The notes below the pieces were generated by a model. That model had not been told where the DNA came from. It did no database searches and worked only from the letters and a program-made list of their open reading frames with translations. This document shows positions 1 through 11,221 of a DNA stretch of 64,000 nt, one piece after another. Made by a program: the position numbers and the translations under genes. Source of the DNA: Escherichia coli (lineage in GTDB: Bacteria > Pseudomonadota > Gammaproteobacteria > Enterobacterales > Enterobacteriaceae); NCBI RefSeq assembly GCF_050320075.1, contig NZ_CP190018.1. One strand, written 5' to 3'. How positions within the stretch are numbered: position 1 is the stretch's first letter; every line of letters begins with the position of its first letter.

Positions 1-311
1 TGAGCGGCTGGCAGGTTTTGCCAGCGGTTTGGACCCAGATGGTCACCACCCAGAATCAACGCATCCTGCGGGAAATTCAACGAGTCGGCGAGCTGACAAA
101 CAAAGCCGCGAAAATCGGCGGGCGTCATTCCGGTATAGCCGCCGAACTGGTCTACCTGATTGGAGGTTGCTTCAATCAGTAACGGCGTTTGGTTTGCACT
201 GGCGTAGCGGATTGCAGCCTCCAGCACCAGCGGATGTGCGGAACAAACGGCATAAATTCCATTTGTTTTGCCCGCTTTGTGCTGTCTCACCATTTCTGTC
301 AGATGTTTCAC
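1..311 (-). CDS. kbaZ: D-tagatose-1,6-bisphosphate aldolase subunit KbaZ, N-terminal part only (gene continues beyond window start)
   Basis: Minus-strand translation from GTG at 309-311 reads [52 protein letters not shown]..., recognised as KbaZ N-terminus; GGAGAGG RBS upstream; divergent from agaR as in the aga locus. Confidence 0.8.
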   Translation of the reverse strand, partial: MKHLTEMVRQHKAGKTNGIYAVCSAHPLVLEAAIRYASANQTPLLIEATSNQVDQFGGYTGMTPADFRGFVCQLADSLNFPQDALILGGDHLGPNRWQNLPAA

Positions 312-559
312 TTTCCTCTCCAGTTCAGATTACTGCGATATTAATCTTTCGTTTTGTTTCAGTTGATACTGCGCCATGGTGAGATAAAAATAAAACGAAA
401 GATAATGGTTTTCTGATCTGATTCACAAAAGAAACATAATGAAAGCCACTGAAACGAGAGTAGCTTGCGCCAATGGGTAAGGTGGGCTTGCATTTGCTTA
501 ATAGAAAGGCGTTAATAGGCAAAACGAAATGAAACGAAAGTTTTACGAAAGGACTTACT

Positions 560-1369
560 ATGAGTAATACCGACGCTTCAGGCGAGAAGCGAGTGACAGG
601 CACCAGTGAGCGACGAGAGCAGATCATTCAACGCCTGCGCCAGCAAGGAAGTGTGCAGGTTAACGATCTGTCGGCATTGTATGGCGTATCTACTGTGACG
701 ATCCGCAACGATCTGGCGTTTCTGGAAAAGCAGGGGATCGCTGTGCGTGCCTATGGCGGCGCGTTGATCTGCGATAGCACGACGCCGTCAGTCGAGCCAT
801 CAGTGGAAGATAAAAGCGCGCTGAACACCGCAATGAAACGCAGCGTTGCGAAAGCTGCCGTTGAGTTGATTCAGCCAGGTCATCGGGTGATCCTCGATTC
901 CGGGACCACCACTTTTGAGATTGCTCGTCTGATGCGCAAGCACACTGACGTAATTGCGATGACCAACGGTATGAACGTGGCTAATGCGTTGCTGGAAGCG
1001 GAAGGCGTTGAGCTGCTGATGACCGGCGGGCATTTGCGCCGTCAGTCGCAATCTTTTTACGGCGATCAGGCTGAACAATCGCTGCAAAATTACCACTTCG
1101 ATATGCTGTTTCTTGGCGTAGATGCGATCGATCTGGAGCGCGGCGTCAGCACGCATAATGAAGATGAAGCCCGTTTAAACCGTCGGATGTGCGAAGTTGC
1201 GGAACGGATCATCGTGGTCACCGATTCCAGTAAGTTTAACCGTTCCAGTTTACATAAGATCATTGATACTCAACGTATCGACATGATCATTGTTGATGAA
1301 GGCATTCCTGCGGATAGTCTGGAAGGCCTGCGAAAGGCTGGGGTTGAAGTGATTCTGGTCGGGGAGTGA
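560..1369 (+). CDS. agaR: DeoR-family transcriptional repressor of the aga (N-acetylgalactosamine) regulon
   Basis: 269-aa ORF with ATG at 560 and AAAGGA RBS; N-terminal HTH plus DeoR C-terminal sugar-binding region; position next to kbaZ. Confidence 0.9.
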
Positions 1370-1517
1370 GAAAGGGTGCCCGCTGGTCAACACGAATGCG
1401 TTCGGCGGGCATTGTGAACACCATCAATGGGCTTCTTCTGTCTCTCGGGTGAGGGTTTCCCAGTCGGCAGGAGGATGTCCTCTTTTTAACATTTTGCTGA
1501 ATACGGTATAGGCATCT

Positions 1518-1525
1518 GTTTTTTT
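1518..1525. repeat. IS1 target-site duplication, left copy (GTTTTTTT)
   Basis: 8-bp direct repeat immediately outside the IS1 terminal inverted repeat; identical to 2294-2301. Confidence 0.85.
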
Positions 1526-1540
1526 GGTAATGACTCCAAC

Positions 1541-2044
1541 TTATTGATAGTGTTTTATGTTCAGATAATGCCCGATGACTTTGTCATGCAGCTCCACCGA
1601 TTTTGAGAACGACAGCGACTTCCGTCCCAGCCGTGCCAGGTGCTGCCTCAGATTCAGGTTATGCCGCTCAATTCGCTGCGTATATCGCTTGCTGATTACG
1701 TGCAGCTTTCCCTTCAGGCGGGATTCATACAGCGGCCAGCCATCCGTCATCCATATCACCACGTCAAAGGGTGACAGCAGGCTCATAAGACGCCCCAGCG
1801 TCGCCATAGTGCGTTCACCGAATACGTGCGCAACAACCGTCTTCCGGAGCCTGTCATACGCGTAAAACAGCCAGCGCTGGCGCGATTTAGCCCCGACGTA
1901 TCCCCACTGTTCGTCCATTTCCGCGCAGACGATGACGTCACTGCCCGGCTGTATGCGCGAGGTTACCGACTGCGGCCTGAGTTTTTTAAATGGCGGAAAA
2001 TCGTGTTGAGGCCAACGCCCATAATGCGGGCAGTTGCCCGGCAT
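1541..2044 (-). CDS. insB: IS1 InsB reading frame (expressed as InsAB' transposase by -1 frameshift)
   Basis: 167-aa [53 protein letters not shown]... recognised as IS1 InsB. Confidence 0.95.
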   Translation of the reverse strand: MPGNCPHYGRWPQHDFPPFKKLRPQSVTSRIQPGSDVIVCAEMDEQWGYVGAKSRQRWLFYAYDRLRKTVVAHVFGERTMATLGRLMSLLSPFDVVIWMTDGWPLYESRLKGKLHVISKRYTQRIERHNLNLRQHLARLGRKSLSFSKSVELHDKVIGHYLNIKHYQ

Positions 2045-2238
2045 CCAACGCCATTCATGGCCATATCAATGATTTTCTGGTGCGTACCGGGTTGAGAAGC
2101 GGTGTAAGTGAACTGCAGTTGCCATGTTTTACGGCAGTGAGAGCAGAGATAGCGCTGATGTCCGGCGGTGCTTTTGCCGTTACGCACCACCCCGTCAGTA
2201 GCTGAACAGGAGGGACAGCTGATAGAAACAGAAGCCAC
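1963..2238 (-). CDS. insA: IS1 InsA transcriptional repressor / transposase N-terminal part
   Basis: 91-aa [45 protein letters not shown]... recognised as IS1 InsA. Confidence 0.95.
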   Translation of the reverse strand: MASVSISCPSCSATDGVVRNGKSTAGHQRYLCSHCRKTWQLQFTYTASQPGTHQKIIDMAMNGVGCRATARIMGVGLNTIFRHLKNSGRSR

Positions 2239-2293
2239 TGGAGCACCTCAAAAACACCATCATACACTAAATCAGTAAGTTGGCAGCATCACC

Positions 2294-2301
2294 GTTTTTT
2301 T
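2294..2301. repeat. IS1 target-site duplication, right copy (GTTTTTTT)
   Basis: Identical 8-mer to 1518-1525, directly abutting the other IS1 end. Confidence 0.85.
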
Positions 2302-2663
2302 ACCGTAGGTGCGCAGCGTGTTTTCATCGTTCATCCATCCCAGAATGATGACTTTCTCTTTTTCGCTGTAACGAAAGAAGAGACGATAACGACCAGCACC
2401 AAATTTTACCCGTGACCAGTCTTTATTTTTCCCAGAGCCTAACGACTTGCCATGACGGAATGCCGGTGATGATGGATTGACCGTGATATGCTCCTCAATC
2501 ACTTTATGGACTACCGCCAATAACTTTGTGGCGGCTTTTCTCTGATAATTTTCAGGATCTTTTCCCTTTAATGTCTCGACTTCGGCAACTAAAGCGTCGT
2601 AGGTTTCCTGAAAACAGGGATGAGCATATAGCGCCCAACCATTAACCCTTTGTGGAAAATCCA

Positions 2664-2999
2664 TTATTCGTCGTCGCCAATCTCATCATCAATGTTGACG
2701 TCCATGCCAGCGACAAGTTTCTTTCCTTGTTGAGTGTCGAATGGACGAGTTTTTTGCGGGTTGTTCTGGATATCTGCATCCAGAAAACGCAAAAATGCAT
2801 TCATAGTATGATCCTCCTGTTCATCTCCCAGTCGGCACATAAATACTTGCCCACCAGGCAGAATTTCGTAATGAATGCTGTCCTGGCCTGGCTTCAGTTT
2901 TAAGGCCTCACGCACTGGCGCGGGGATAGTTGTTTGTCCGCGTATCGTGACCTTTGATTCAGTGGTCAGTACAGCGTGAGAGCGAGCATTAGCGGGCAT
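2664..2999 (-). CDS. prlF: Antitoxin PrlF (SohA) of the PrlF-YhaV toxin-antitoxin pair
   Basis: 111-aa ORF MPANARSHAVLTTESKVTIRGQTTIPAPVREALKLKPGQD... with acidic C-terminus; stop overlaps yhaV start by 1 nt (TAATG). Confidence 0.9.
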   Translation of the reverse strand: MPANARSHAVLTTESKVTIRGQTTIPAPVREALKLKPGQDSIHYEILPGGQVFMCRLGDEQEDHTMNAFLRFLDADIQNNPQKTRPFDTQQGKKLVAGMDVNIDDEIGDDE

Positions 3000-3098
3000 G
3001 ATTCACTGTCCTTTTACAGCCTGTTTTCTGCTCAAATTATAAGCTTGAACTAAGGTAATGCAAATGCATTATTAATGTACGTGGGGGCTTTAAACAAT

Positions 3099-3126
3099 AA
3101 AAACATGGCACTAAGGCCATGTTTTG
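3099..3126 (-). terminator. Putative rho-independent terminator downstream of garD
   Basis: Hairpin CATGGCC-TTAGT-GCCATG followed by a T-run on the minus strand, just 3' of the garD stop. Confidence 0.55.
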
Positions 3127-3147
3127 CGAGGGACGTTCCAAAAGAAA

Positions 3148-4719
3148 TCAGGTCACCGGTGCCGGGTTAAACACCGCCAGCTGGTTATGCAGTCCCCATT
3201 GATCTGAGAAGGTTTTCTTCTTCCCGCTGGCGACGTCGAGAATAAAGTGGAACAACTTCCAGCCCACCTCTTCAATAGTTTCTTCGCCGGTAGCGATGGT
3301 GCCCGCATTAATATCCATTAAATCAAACCAGCGGTTCGCCAGCTCGGTGCGGGTCGCCATTTTAATGACGGGTACCGCCATCAGGCCGTACGGCGTACCG
3401 CGACCGGTCGTAAACACTTGCACGGTGATACCCGAAGCCACCTGTTGCGTGCCACAGACAAAATCGCTGGCTGGCGTCGCGGCGTAAATTAATCCGCGTT
3501 TAGTCGGGCGTTGACCAGGCGACAGCACTTCAACAATTGCACTTTTACCCGATTTAGCAATGGAGCCGAGCGCTTTCTCCACCACGTTTGCCAGACCGCC
3601 TTTCTTGTTGCCCGGCGAAGGGTTGGCGCTGCGGTCGGTTTTTCCCATATTGAGATAGTTATCGTACCACTCCATCTCCTCCAGCAGCCGTTTACCGACC
3701 TCTTCGTTCACTGCGCGTGGTGTCAGCAGATGGATCGCGTCACGCACTTCCGTGACTTCTGAAAACATCACCGTTGCGCCGCAGCGCACCAGTAGATCAG
3801 ACGCATACCCAACCGCCGGGTTTGCCGTTACGCCAGAAAACGCATCGCTACCGCCGCACTGCATGCCGACAACCAGTTCTGAAGCCGGACAGGTTTCTCG
3901 CTGCCGTTGATTCAGTTTGTGCAAATGGCGTTCGGCGACCTGCAAAATATCCTCGACCATGGACTGAAAACCGACATGCTTTTCATCCTGCAAACTGACA
4001 ATGCTGGCGCTTTCTACTGGAATAGCTTGCACATCATCCGTTCCAGTCAGCAGGCGTTCAGGCTGCAACTTTTCACAACCCAGACCAATCACCATTACTT
4101 CGCCGCCAAAGTTAGGGTTCAGCGAAATATTGTGAATGGTACGAATAGGCACAACTGCCGCCGGTGCGTTAATCGCCACGCCACAACCGTACAAATGATT
4201 CAGCCCCACCACGCCATCGACGTTCGGGTATTTCGGTAGCAGATCGCGTTCAATGATTTTTACTACATAGTCCACCACGCCTGCCACACAGTGGACGCTG
4301 GTGGTGATGCCGAGCAGGTTTTTAGTGCCCACGCTGCCATCGGCATTGCGATAGCCCTCAAAGGTGTATCCTTCCAGTGGCGGTAAGGGTGCCGGGACTT
4401 TGGTTGCCAGTGGCAGCGTGTGTAACGGCGGCGCTTCCGGTAGTACAACCATTGATTCGTCGATCCAGCTTCCGCGTGGGATTGCGCGCACGGCGTAACC
4501 AATCACTTCGCCATAACGAATAATTTCACCATTAGCCGGAATGTCCAGCAATGCGACTTTATGCCCCTGGGGAATATGTTCAATTAATTCCAGCCCATCC
4601 GGAAAACGCGTTCCTGCTTTCAGGCCATTATCATTAACAATAATTGCCACATTATCTGTGTCGTGAACTTTTATATAAAACGCAGTTGGCGTTTCTTGTC
4701 TGATTTCGATGTTGGCCAT
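3148..4719 (-). CDS. garD: Galactarate dehydratase
   Basis: 523-aa [42 protein letters not shown]...; divergent from garPLRK. Confidence 0.92.
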   Translation of the reverse strand: MANIEIRQETPTAFYIKVHDTDNVAIIVNDNGLKAGTRFPDGLELIEHIPQGHKVALLDIPANGEIIRYGEVIGYAVRAIPRGSWIDESMVVLPEAPPLHTLPLATKVPAPLPPLEGYTFEGYRNADGSVGTKNLLGITTSVHCVAGVVDYVVKIIERDLLPKYPNVDGVVGLNHLYGCGVAINAPAAVVPIRTIHNISLNPNFGGEVMVIGLGCEKLQPERLLTGTDDVQAIPVESASIVSLQDEKHVGFQSMVEDILQVAERHLHKLNQRQRETCPASELVVGMQCGGSDAFSGVTANPAVGYASDLLVRCGATVMFSEVTEVRDAIHLLTPRAVNEEVGKRLLEEMEWYDNYLNMGKTDRSANPSPGNKKGGLANVVEKALGSIAKSGKSAIVEVLSPGQRPTKRGLIYAATPASDFVCGTQQVASGITVQVFTTGRGTPYGLMAVPVIKMATRTELANRWFDLMDINAGTIATGEETIEEVGWKLFHFILDVASGKKKTFSDQWGLHNQLAVFNPAPVT

Positions 4720-5093
4720 TGTGCAATATTCTCCAGCCAGGGGTTATTAAAATGAGGACCTGGTCTCATTTAAAAATAAATGACTTCATTGGGTGAAATA
4801 AGAATGTCAGGAGTTTAAACGCAGAAATGTGATCAATGTCAATCATTTCAGGGATTGCAGTGCCGCACGGTAAGGTAAAGCGCAAATCTGTGCTTTAGCG
4901 CGCAACCTTATGTGCATATGCTCAAAATAATATTTAAATAGTATTAATTAAATTAGCATTTGCACAATGATTATTATTCTCGCGCTGCTTATACTAATTC
5001 CCGAGTTCATTGCCGTAACGGCATAAATAAAACTCATAAATAACACCTTCCCCATAATAATAAAAATCAGCATAAGTACCCGAGGTAAATAAA

Positions 5094-6428
5094 ATGATTC
5101 TGGACACCGTTGACGTAAAAAAGAAAGGCGTGCATACCCGCTATTTAATATTACTGATTATTTTTATTGTTACCGCCGTTAACTACGCCGATCGTGCAAC
5201 GCTGTCTATTGCTGGTACCGAAGTGGCAAAAGAGTTGCAGTTAAGTGCGGTTTCGATGGGTTACATCTTCTCCGCTTTTGGCTGGGCCTACCTGCTGATG
5301 CAAATCCCCGGCGGCTGGTTGCTTGATAAGTTTGGCTCGAAAAAAGTTTACACCTACAGCCTCTTTTTCTGGTCGCTGTTCACTTTCCTGCAAGGCTTTG
5401 TTGATATGTTCCCGCTGGCCTGGGCAGGGATCTCCATGTTCTTTATGCGCTTTATGCTCGGCTTCTCGGAAGCGCCATCATTCCCGGCGAACGCCCGTAT
5501 TGTCGCCGCCTGGTTTCCGACAAAAGAACGTGGTACTGCCTCCGCCATCTTTAACTCGGCGCAATATTTCTCGCTGGCGCTCTTTTCGCCGCTGCTTGGC
5601 TGGCTGACTTTCGCCTGGGGCTGGGAGCACGTCTTCACCGTTATGGGGGTGATTGGTTTTGTGCTGACGGCGCTGTGGATCAAGTTGATTCATAACCCGA
5701 CAGATCACCCACGTATGTCTGCGGAAGAGCTGAAGTTTATCTCAGAAAATGGCGCGGTGGTCGATATGGACCACAAAAAGCCGGGCAGTGCGGCAGCAAG
5801 CGGTCCCAAACTGCATTACATCAAGCAATTGCTCTCTAACCGCATGATGCTGGGCGTATTTTTCGGACAATATTTTATCAACACCATCACCTGGTTCTTC
5901 CTCACCTGGTTCCCAATTTATCTGGTGCAGGAAAAAGGCATGTCGATTCTGAAAGTGGGTCTGGTCGCCTCGATTCCGGCACTGTGTGGCTTTGCGGGCG
6001 GCGTGCTGGGAGGTGTCTTCTCGGATTATCTGATCAAACGCGGTTTGTCCCTGACCCTGGCACGTAAGCTACCGATTGTGCTGGGAATGTTGCTGGCTTC
6101 CACCATCATCTTATGTAACTACACCAACAACACCACGCTGGTGGTCATGCTGATGGCGCTGGCTTTCTTTGGCAAAGGATTTGGTGCGCTGGGCTGGCCA
6201 GTGATTTCTGACACCGCGCCGAAAGAGATTGTTGGTCTCTGCGGCGGCGTCTTTAACGTCTTTGGCAATGTTGCCTCCATTGTCACTCCACTGGTGATTG
6301 GCTATCTGGTAAGTGAACTGCACTCCTTCAATGCAGCACTGGTTTTCGTGGGATGTTCAGCGCTGATGGCGATGGTCTGCTACCTCTTCGTAGTTGGCGA
6401 CATTAAACGTATGGAATTGCAGAAATAA
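5094..6428 (+). CDS. garP: Galactarate/glucarate/glycerate MFS transporter
   Basis: 444-aa polytopic membrane ORF; first gene of garPLRK. Confidence 0.9.
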   Translation: MILDTVDVKKKGVHTRYLILLIIFIVTAVNYADRATLSIAGTEVAKELQLSAVSMGYIFSAFGWAYLLMQIPGGWLLDKFGSKKVYTYSLFFWSLFTFLQGFVDMFPLAWAGISMFFMRFMLGFSEAPSFPANARIVAAWFPTKERGTASAIFNSAQYFSLALFSPLLGWLTFAWGWEHVFTVMGVIGFVLTALWIKLIHNPTDHPRMSAEELKFISENGAVVDMDHKKPGSAAASGPKLHYIKQLLSNRMMLGVFFGQYFINTITWFFLTWFPIYLVQEKGMSILKVGLVASIPALCGFAGGVLGGVFSDYLIKRGLSLTLARKLPIVLGMLLASTIILCNYTNNTTLVVMLMALAFFGKGFGALGWPVISDTAPKEIVGLCGGVFNVFGNVASIVTPLVIGYLVSELHSFNAALVFVGCSALMAMVCYLFVVGDIKRMELQK

Positions 6429-6443
6429 GCAAAGGTATAAGCG

Positions 6444-7214
6444 ATGAATAACAATGTTTTCCCGAATAAATTCAAAGCCGCACTGGCTGCGAAACAGGTA
6501 CAAATTGGTTGCTGGTCAGCACTCTCTAACCCGATTAGCACTGAAGTTCTTGGTTTGGCTGGGTTTGACTGGCTGGTGCTGGATGGCGAACATGCGCCAA
6601 ACGATATCTCCACGTTTATTCCGCAGTTAATGGCCCTGAAAGGCAGCGCCAGCGCGCCAGTAGTGCGAGTGCCGACCAACGAGCCGGTAATTATTAAGCG
6701 TCTTCTGGATATCGGTTTTTATAACTTCCTGATTCCTTTTGTAGAAACAAAAGAGGAAGCAGAGCAGGCGGTGGCATCAACCCGTTACCCACCGGAAGGC
6801 ATTCGCGGCGTCTCCGTTTCTCACCGCGCCAATATGTTTGGCACCGTGGCGGATTATTTCGCTCAGTCGAACAAGAACATCACCATTCTGGTCCAGATAG
6901 AAAGTCAGCAGGGCGTAGATAACGTCGATGCCATTGCCGCTACCGAAGGCGTAGACGGTATCTTCGTCGGCCCCAGCGATCTGGCTGCGGCATTAGGCCA
7001 TCTCGGCAATGCCTCGCACCCGGATGTACAAAAAGCAATCCAGCATATTTTTAACCGTGCCAGTGCGCACGGCAAACCCAGCGGTATCCTCGCACCGGTC
7101 GAAGCCGATGCGCGTCGTTATCTGGAATGGGGCGCGACGTTTGTGGCTGTCGGCAGCGATCTCGGCGTCTTCCGCTCTGCCACTCAGAAACTGGCTGATA
7201 CCTTTAAAAAATAA
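6444..7214 (+). CDS. garL: 5-keto-4-deoxy-D-glucarate (2-dehydro-3-deoxyglucarate) aldolase
   Basis: 256-aa [33 protein letters not shown]...; HpcH/HpaI aldolase family; operon position. Confidence 0.9.
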   Translation: MNNNVFPNKFKAALAAKQVQIGCWSALSNPISTEVLGLAGFDWLVLDGEHAPNDISTFIPQLMALKGSASAPVVRVPTNEPVIIKRLLDIGFYNFLIPFVETKEEAEQAVASTRYPPEGIRGVSVSHRANMFGTVADYFAQSNKNITILVQIESQQGVDNVDAIAATEGVDGIFVGPSDLAAALGHLGNASHPDVQKAIQHIFNRASAHGKPSGILAPVEADARRYLEWGATFVAVGSDLGVFRSATQKLADTFKK

Positions 7215-7243
7215 CCACCACCGCAACAAGAGAGATGATTGAT

Positions 7244-8134
7244 ATGACTATGAAAGTTGGTTTTATTGGCCTGGGGATTATGGGTAAACCAATGAGTAAA
7301 AACCTTCTGAAAGCAGGTTACTCGCTGGTGGTTGCTGACCGTAACCCAGAAGCTATTGCTGAAGTGATTGCTGCAGGTGCAGAAACAGCTTCTACGGCTA
7401 AAGCGATCGCTGAACAGTGCGACGTCATCATAACCATGCTGCCAAACTCCCCTCATGTGAAAGAGGTGGCGCTGGGTGAGAATGGCATTATTGAAGGCGC
7501 GAAGCCAGGTACGGTATTGATCGATATGAGTTCTATCGCACCGCTGGCAAGCCGTGAAATCAGCGAAGCGCTGAAAGCGAAAGGCATTGATATGCTGGAT
7601 GCTCCGGTGAGCGGCGGTGAACCGAAAGCTATCGACGGTACGCTGTCAGTGATGGTGGGCGGCGACAAGGCTATTTTCGACAAATACTATGATTTGATGA
7701 AAGCAATGGCGGGTTCCGTGGTGCATACCGGGGAAATTGGTGCAGGTAACGTTACCAAACTGGCAAATCAGGTCATTGTGGCGCTGAATATTGCCGCGAT
7801 GTCAGAAGCGTTAACGCTGGCAACCAAAGCGGGCGTTAACCCGGATCTGGTGTATCAGGCAATTCGCGGTGGGCTGGCGGGCAGTACCGTGCTGGATGCC
7901 AAAGCGCCGATGGTGATGGACCGCAACTTCAAGCCGGGCTTCCGTATTGATCTGCATATTAAGGATCTGGCAAATGCGCTGGATACTTCCCACGGCGTCG
8001 GCGCGCAACTGCCGCTCACAGCTGCGGTTATGGAGATGATGCAGGCACTGCGAGCAGATGGTTTAGGAACGGCAGATCATAGCGCCCTGGCGTGCTACTA
8101 CGAAAAACTGGCGAAAGTCGAAGTTACTCGTTAA
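7244..8134 (+). CDS. garR: Tartronate semialdehyde (2-hydroxy-3-oxopropionate) reductase
   Basis: ORF with NAD-binding GxGxxG motif (MTMKVGFIGLGIMGKPM...); start chosen at ATG 7244, an in-frame ATG at 7235 is also possible. Confidence 0.88.
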   Translation: MTMKVGFIGLGIMGKPMSKNLLKAGYSLVVADRNPEAIAEVIAAGAETASTAKAIAEQCDVIITMLPNSPHVKEVALGENGIIEGAKPGTVLIDMSSIAPLASREISEALKAKGIDMLDAPVSGGEPKAIDGTLSVMVGGDKAIFDKYYDLMKAMAGSVVHTGEIGAGNVTKLANQVIVALNIAAMSEALTLATKAGVNPDLVYQAIRGGLAGSTVLDAKAPMVMDRNFKPGFRIDLHIKDLANALDTSHGVGAQLPLTAAVMEMMQALRADGLGTADHSALACYYEKLAKVEVTR

Positions 8135-8230
8135 TGACGTCGTGCCCGGATGGCGTATTGCAATCCGGGCCTGGAATCCAGGCCGAATAAGAGAAACGCC
8201 CTCCGGCGTCATGTGGTAACAGGCATAGGT

Positions 8231-9376
8231 ATGAAAATCGTAATCGCCCCAGACTCTTATAAAGAAAGTTTATCTGCCAGCGAGGTTGCGCAGGCGATAG
8301 AAAAAGGATTTCGGGAAATTTTTCCTGATGCACAGTACGTTTCTGTTCCTGTTGCCGACGGTGGCGAAGGAACGGTGGAAGCGATGATTGCAGCCACCCA
8401 GGGTTCCGAACGTCACGCCTGGGTTACAGGGCCGCTGGGCGAGAAAGTGAATGCCAGTTGGGGGATCTCCGGCGATGGCAAAACCGCGTTTATTGAAATG
8501 GCGGCGGCCAGTGGGCTGGAGCTGGTACCTGCGGAAAAACGTGATCCACTCGTGACCACTTCACGCGGCACAGGCGAGTTAATTCTGCAGGCGCTGGAGA
8601 GCGGCGCGACAAACATTATTATCGGCATTGGCGGTAGCGCTACAAATGATGGCGGTGCAGGCATGGTACAGGCGCTGGGGGCGAAATTATGCGACGCCAA
8701 CGGCAATGAAATTGGTTTTGGCGGCGGTAGTCTTAATACTCTGAATGATATTGATATTTCCGGCCTCGATCCGCGCTTAAAAGATTGCGTCATTCGCGTC
8801 GCTTGTGATGTCACCAATCCGCTGGTGGGCGATAACGGCGCATCGCGCATCTTTGGCCCACAAAAGGGAGCCAGTGAAGCGATGATTGTTGAGCTGGACA
8901 ATAACCTCTCTCACTATGCCGATGTCATTAAAAAAGCGCTGCATGTTGATGTGAAAGATGTCCCCGGCGCAGGAGCTGCGGGAGGTATGGGCGCGGCGCT
9001 GATGGCGTTTCTTGGTGCGGAACTGAAAAGTGGTATTGAAATCGTCACGACGGCGCTGAATCTGGAGGAACATATTCACGATTGTACGCTGGTGATCACC
9101 GGTGAAGGGCGTATTGACAGCCAGAGTATTCACGGCAAGGTTCCGATTGGCGTCGCAAACGTGGCGAAAAAGTACCATAAACCGGTGATTGGCATTGCGG
9201 GTAGCCTGACCAATGATGTTGGCGTTGTACATCAGCATGGCATTGATGCGGTCTTCAGCGTATTGACCAGCATTGGTACGTTGGACGAAGCATTCCGCGG
9301 GGCTTATGACAATATTTACCGTGCTTCACGTAATATCGCCGCGACACTGGCTATTGGAATGCGCAACGTGGGGTGA
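8231..9376 (+). CDS. garK: Glycerate 2-kinase
   Basis: 381 aa from ATG 8231 (MKIVIAPDSYKESLSA...); the ORF track's longer form starts upstream at 8150. Confidence 0.9.
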   Translation: MKIVIAPDSYKESLSASEVAQAIEKGFREIFPDAQYVSVPVADGGEGTVEAMIAATQGSERHAWVTGPLGEKVNASWGISGDGKTAFIEMAAASGLELVPAEKRDPLVTTSRGTGELILQALESGATNIIIGIGGSATNDGGAGMVQALGAKLCDANGNEIGFGGGSLNTLNDIDISGLDPRLKDCVIRVACDVTNPLVGDNGASRIFGPQKGASEAMIVELDNNLSHYADVIKKALHVDVKDVPGAGAAGGMGAALMAFLGAELKSGIEIVTTALNLEEHIHDCTLVITGEGRIDSQSIHGKVPIGVANVAKKYHKPVIGIAGSLTNDVGVVHQHGIDAVFSVLTSIGTLDEAFRGAYDNIYRASRNIAATLAIGMRNVG

Positions 9377-9401
9377 CAAGGGCGCGCAAACCCTCTATAC
9401 T
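9373..9401 (+). promoter_or_regulatory. rnpB promoter (-35 GTGACA, 17-bp spacer, -10 TATACT)
   Basis: Hexamers correctly spaced with -10 ending 7 bp before the mature M1 RNA 5' end at 9409; overlaps the garK stop codon. Confidence 0.65.
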
Positions 9402-9408
9402 GCGCGCC

Positions 9409-9785
<377 letters not shown>

Positions 9786-9794
9786 GATTTACGT

Positions 9795-9826
9795 AAAAAC
9801 CCGCTTCGGCGGGTTTTTGCTTTTGG
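9795..9826 (+). terminator. rnpB rho-independent terminator
   Basis: AAAAACCCGCTTCGGCGGGTTTTTGCTTTTGG: GC-rich hairpin with flanking A and T runs. Confidence 0.85.
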
Positions 9827-9906
9827 AGGGGCAGAAAGATGAATGACTGTCCACGACACTATACCCAAAAGAAAGCGGCTTATCGGTCAGTTTCACCTGG
9901 TTTAAC

Positions 9907-9946
9907 GAAAACCCGCCAGCGTAAACTGGCGGGTTTTTGCTTTTTG
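9907..9946 (+). terminator. Second terminator-like hairpin in the duplicated unit
   Basis: AAAACCCGCCAGCGTAAACTGGCGGGTTTTTGCTTTTTGG. Confidence 0.75.
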
Positions 9947-10012
9947 GAGCATAGTGTAAGATGAATAAATATCTACGGTATTAATAATAGACTTTGTAAG
10001 AAATTATTAAGT

Positions 10013-11200
10013 CTATATTGCATTTAAAAGGTCGTAATCATACGTATAGTCCTCTCTGGTAAAATATTGCTTCTCTGAATTATATGCTTCATATGTGTTA
10101 TATTTTACAACCTCAAAGCAATTGTCAGGAGAATTTTCGTCTTTCTCGAGTGTATTATCTGAAAGGAATTCCTCTGAGCTAGAATCCTCTATGTTTAAAT
10201 CTGTATTGTAATTATTTTTTGGATCGATAAGATAAGCATTTTCTTTGACGCTTTCATAATCTTTAATGATTATATCGATGTAATAATCTATTTTTTCTGA
10301 TGAGAATGCTTTCATCTCTGGTAATCTAATTCTGTTCAAGTAATTGTTAATTTTCGATGAGCTTTTATATATTTCTTTTGTTAATTCATTTTCTAATTCA
10401 TCTGTTAGAGTTGCTCTTGGTATAGATTCTATAATTGCAAGTCTCATAATTTTTAATTGTTCTTCGGTAATATCTCCAAGCGCATTTAAACAACTTTCGA
10501 CAAGCTTAATTTTTTCTTCAGAATACATATCGCTAATGCTTGTTATAACAGGCGTTATTTTTAGTAAATAATCCCAGGAGATTGTGGCGTTTTGTGTTGA
10601 ACTAACGAAATTTACCTGAAACATGTTGGCATTAGTAAAATCTGTGTCATCCAATTTAAAAGGATTTAAAATTGTATTGGCCATATGTTTATCTGTAAAA
10701 TCATAAAGTTCTAAATCGACATTCCGTAAGTCCAGAGAGGATAGATCAACTATACCTCCAGTCCCACAACTAAAGATTACGTTCAACCTCCTGATTTCAT
10801 TGTAAATGTCTTTCAATGGGCAATTAACATTGATATTGCCTGTGGATATTTCCTGGTTTTTTAACGGTTCATTAATGGTAAGTTCACAGGTATTGTCTGA
10901 TCGTTGAATAATTCGGGCGTTATAACCAAAAAAATCCATACGAAGAGACGAATCATTATAAAGAATTACATTTTGTAAGTACGCTAATTCTTTTTGAAAA
11001 TCACCAGTGATAATGCATTTCCCACCTGGTTGTAGCGCGTTAAGTAAAGTGACCATTTCAATAGAGGTCTGTTTTAGTTTTTCTATACCTGGTGCTAGTG
11101 CTTCGAGGTTATTAACTATGGGGCTTTCAGGAAGATCATTTATTTTTCGACGGGCTAAATCACTACTAATATCATTACCAATTGATGAAACAGGGGACAT
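10013..11200 (-). CDS. yhaC: Uncharacterised protein YhaC
   Basis: 395-aa ORF in strongly AT-rich DNA; recognised as the K-12 yhaC product by sequence and position between rnpB and tdcR. Confidence 0.8.
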   Translation of the reverse strand: MSPVSSIGNDISSDLARRKINDLPESPIVNNLEALAPGIEKLKQTSIEMVTLLNALQPGGKCIITGDFQKELAYLQNVILYNDSSLRMDFFGYNARIIQRSDNTCELTINEPLKNQEISTGNINVNCPLKDIYNEIRRLNVIFSCGTGGIVDLSSLDLRNVDLELYDFTDKHMANTILNPFKLDDTDFTNANMFQVNFVSSTQNATISWDYLLKITPVITSISDMYSEEKIKLVESCLNALGDITEEQLKIMRLAIIESIPRATLTDELENELTKEIYKSSSKINNYLNRIRLPEMKAFSSEKIDYYIDIIIKDYESVKENAYLIDPKNNYNTDLNIEDSSSEEFLSDNTLEKDENSPDNCFEVVKYNTYEAYNSEKQYFTREDYTYDYDLLNAI

Positions 11201-11221
11201 TATTTTATCCTTTATAAATAA

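Larger units (their letters stand above)
1526..2293 (-). mobile_element. Insertion sequence IS1, complete 768-bp copy
   Basis: Terminal inverted repeats GGTAATGACTCCAACTTATTGATAGTG (1526-) and GGTGATGCTGCCAACTTACTGAT (revcomp ending 2293); encodes InsA and InsB in the characteristic overlapping arrangement; flanked by 8-bp direct repeats. Confidence 0.95.
1424..2664 (-). pseudogene. yhaV: yhaV toxin gene (ribosome-dependent mRNA interferase) split by IS1: 5' part 2294-2664 (codons 1-124), 3' part 1424-1525 (last 30 codons plus stop)
   Basis: Minus-strand ORF from 2664 reads MDFPQRVNGWALYAHPCF...NTLRTYGKKT then runs into IS1 (VMLPTY, stop). Reverse complement of 1424-1525 reads KKTDAYTVFSKMLKRGHPPADWETLTRETEEAH-stop in the continuing frame. 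Total 154 codons if the IS is removed. Confidence 0.9.

Noticed and set aside
29-382. 117-aa plus-strand ORF at the window start
   Set aside because: It is antisense to the recognisable kbaZ N-terminal coding sequence and starts at TTG; the product is Arg/Ser/Pro-rich and low-complexity.
2272-2664. 130-aa ORF as an intact yhaV gene
   Set aside because: Its last six codons and stop come from the IS1 terminus; the genuine yhaV 3' end lies on the far side of the IS, so the gene is called disrupted.
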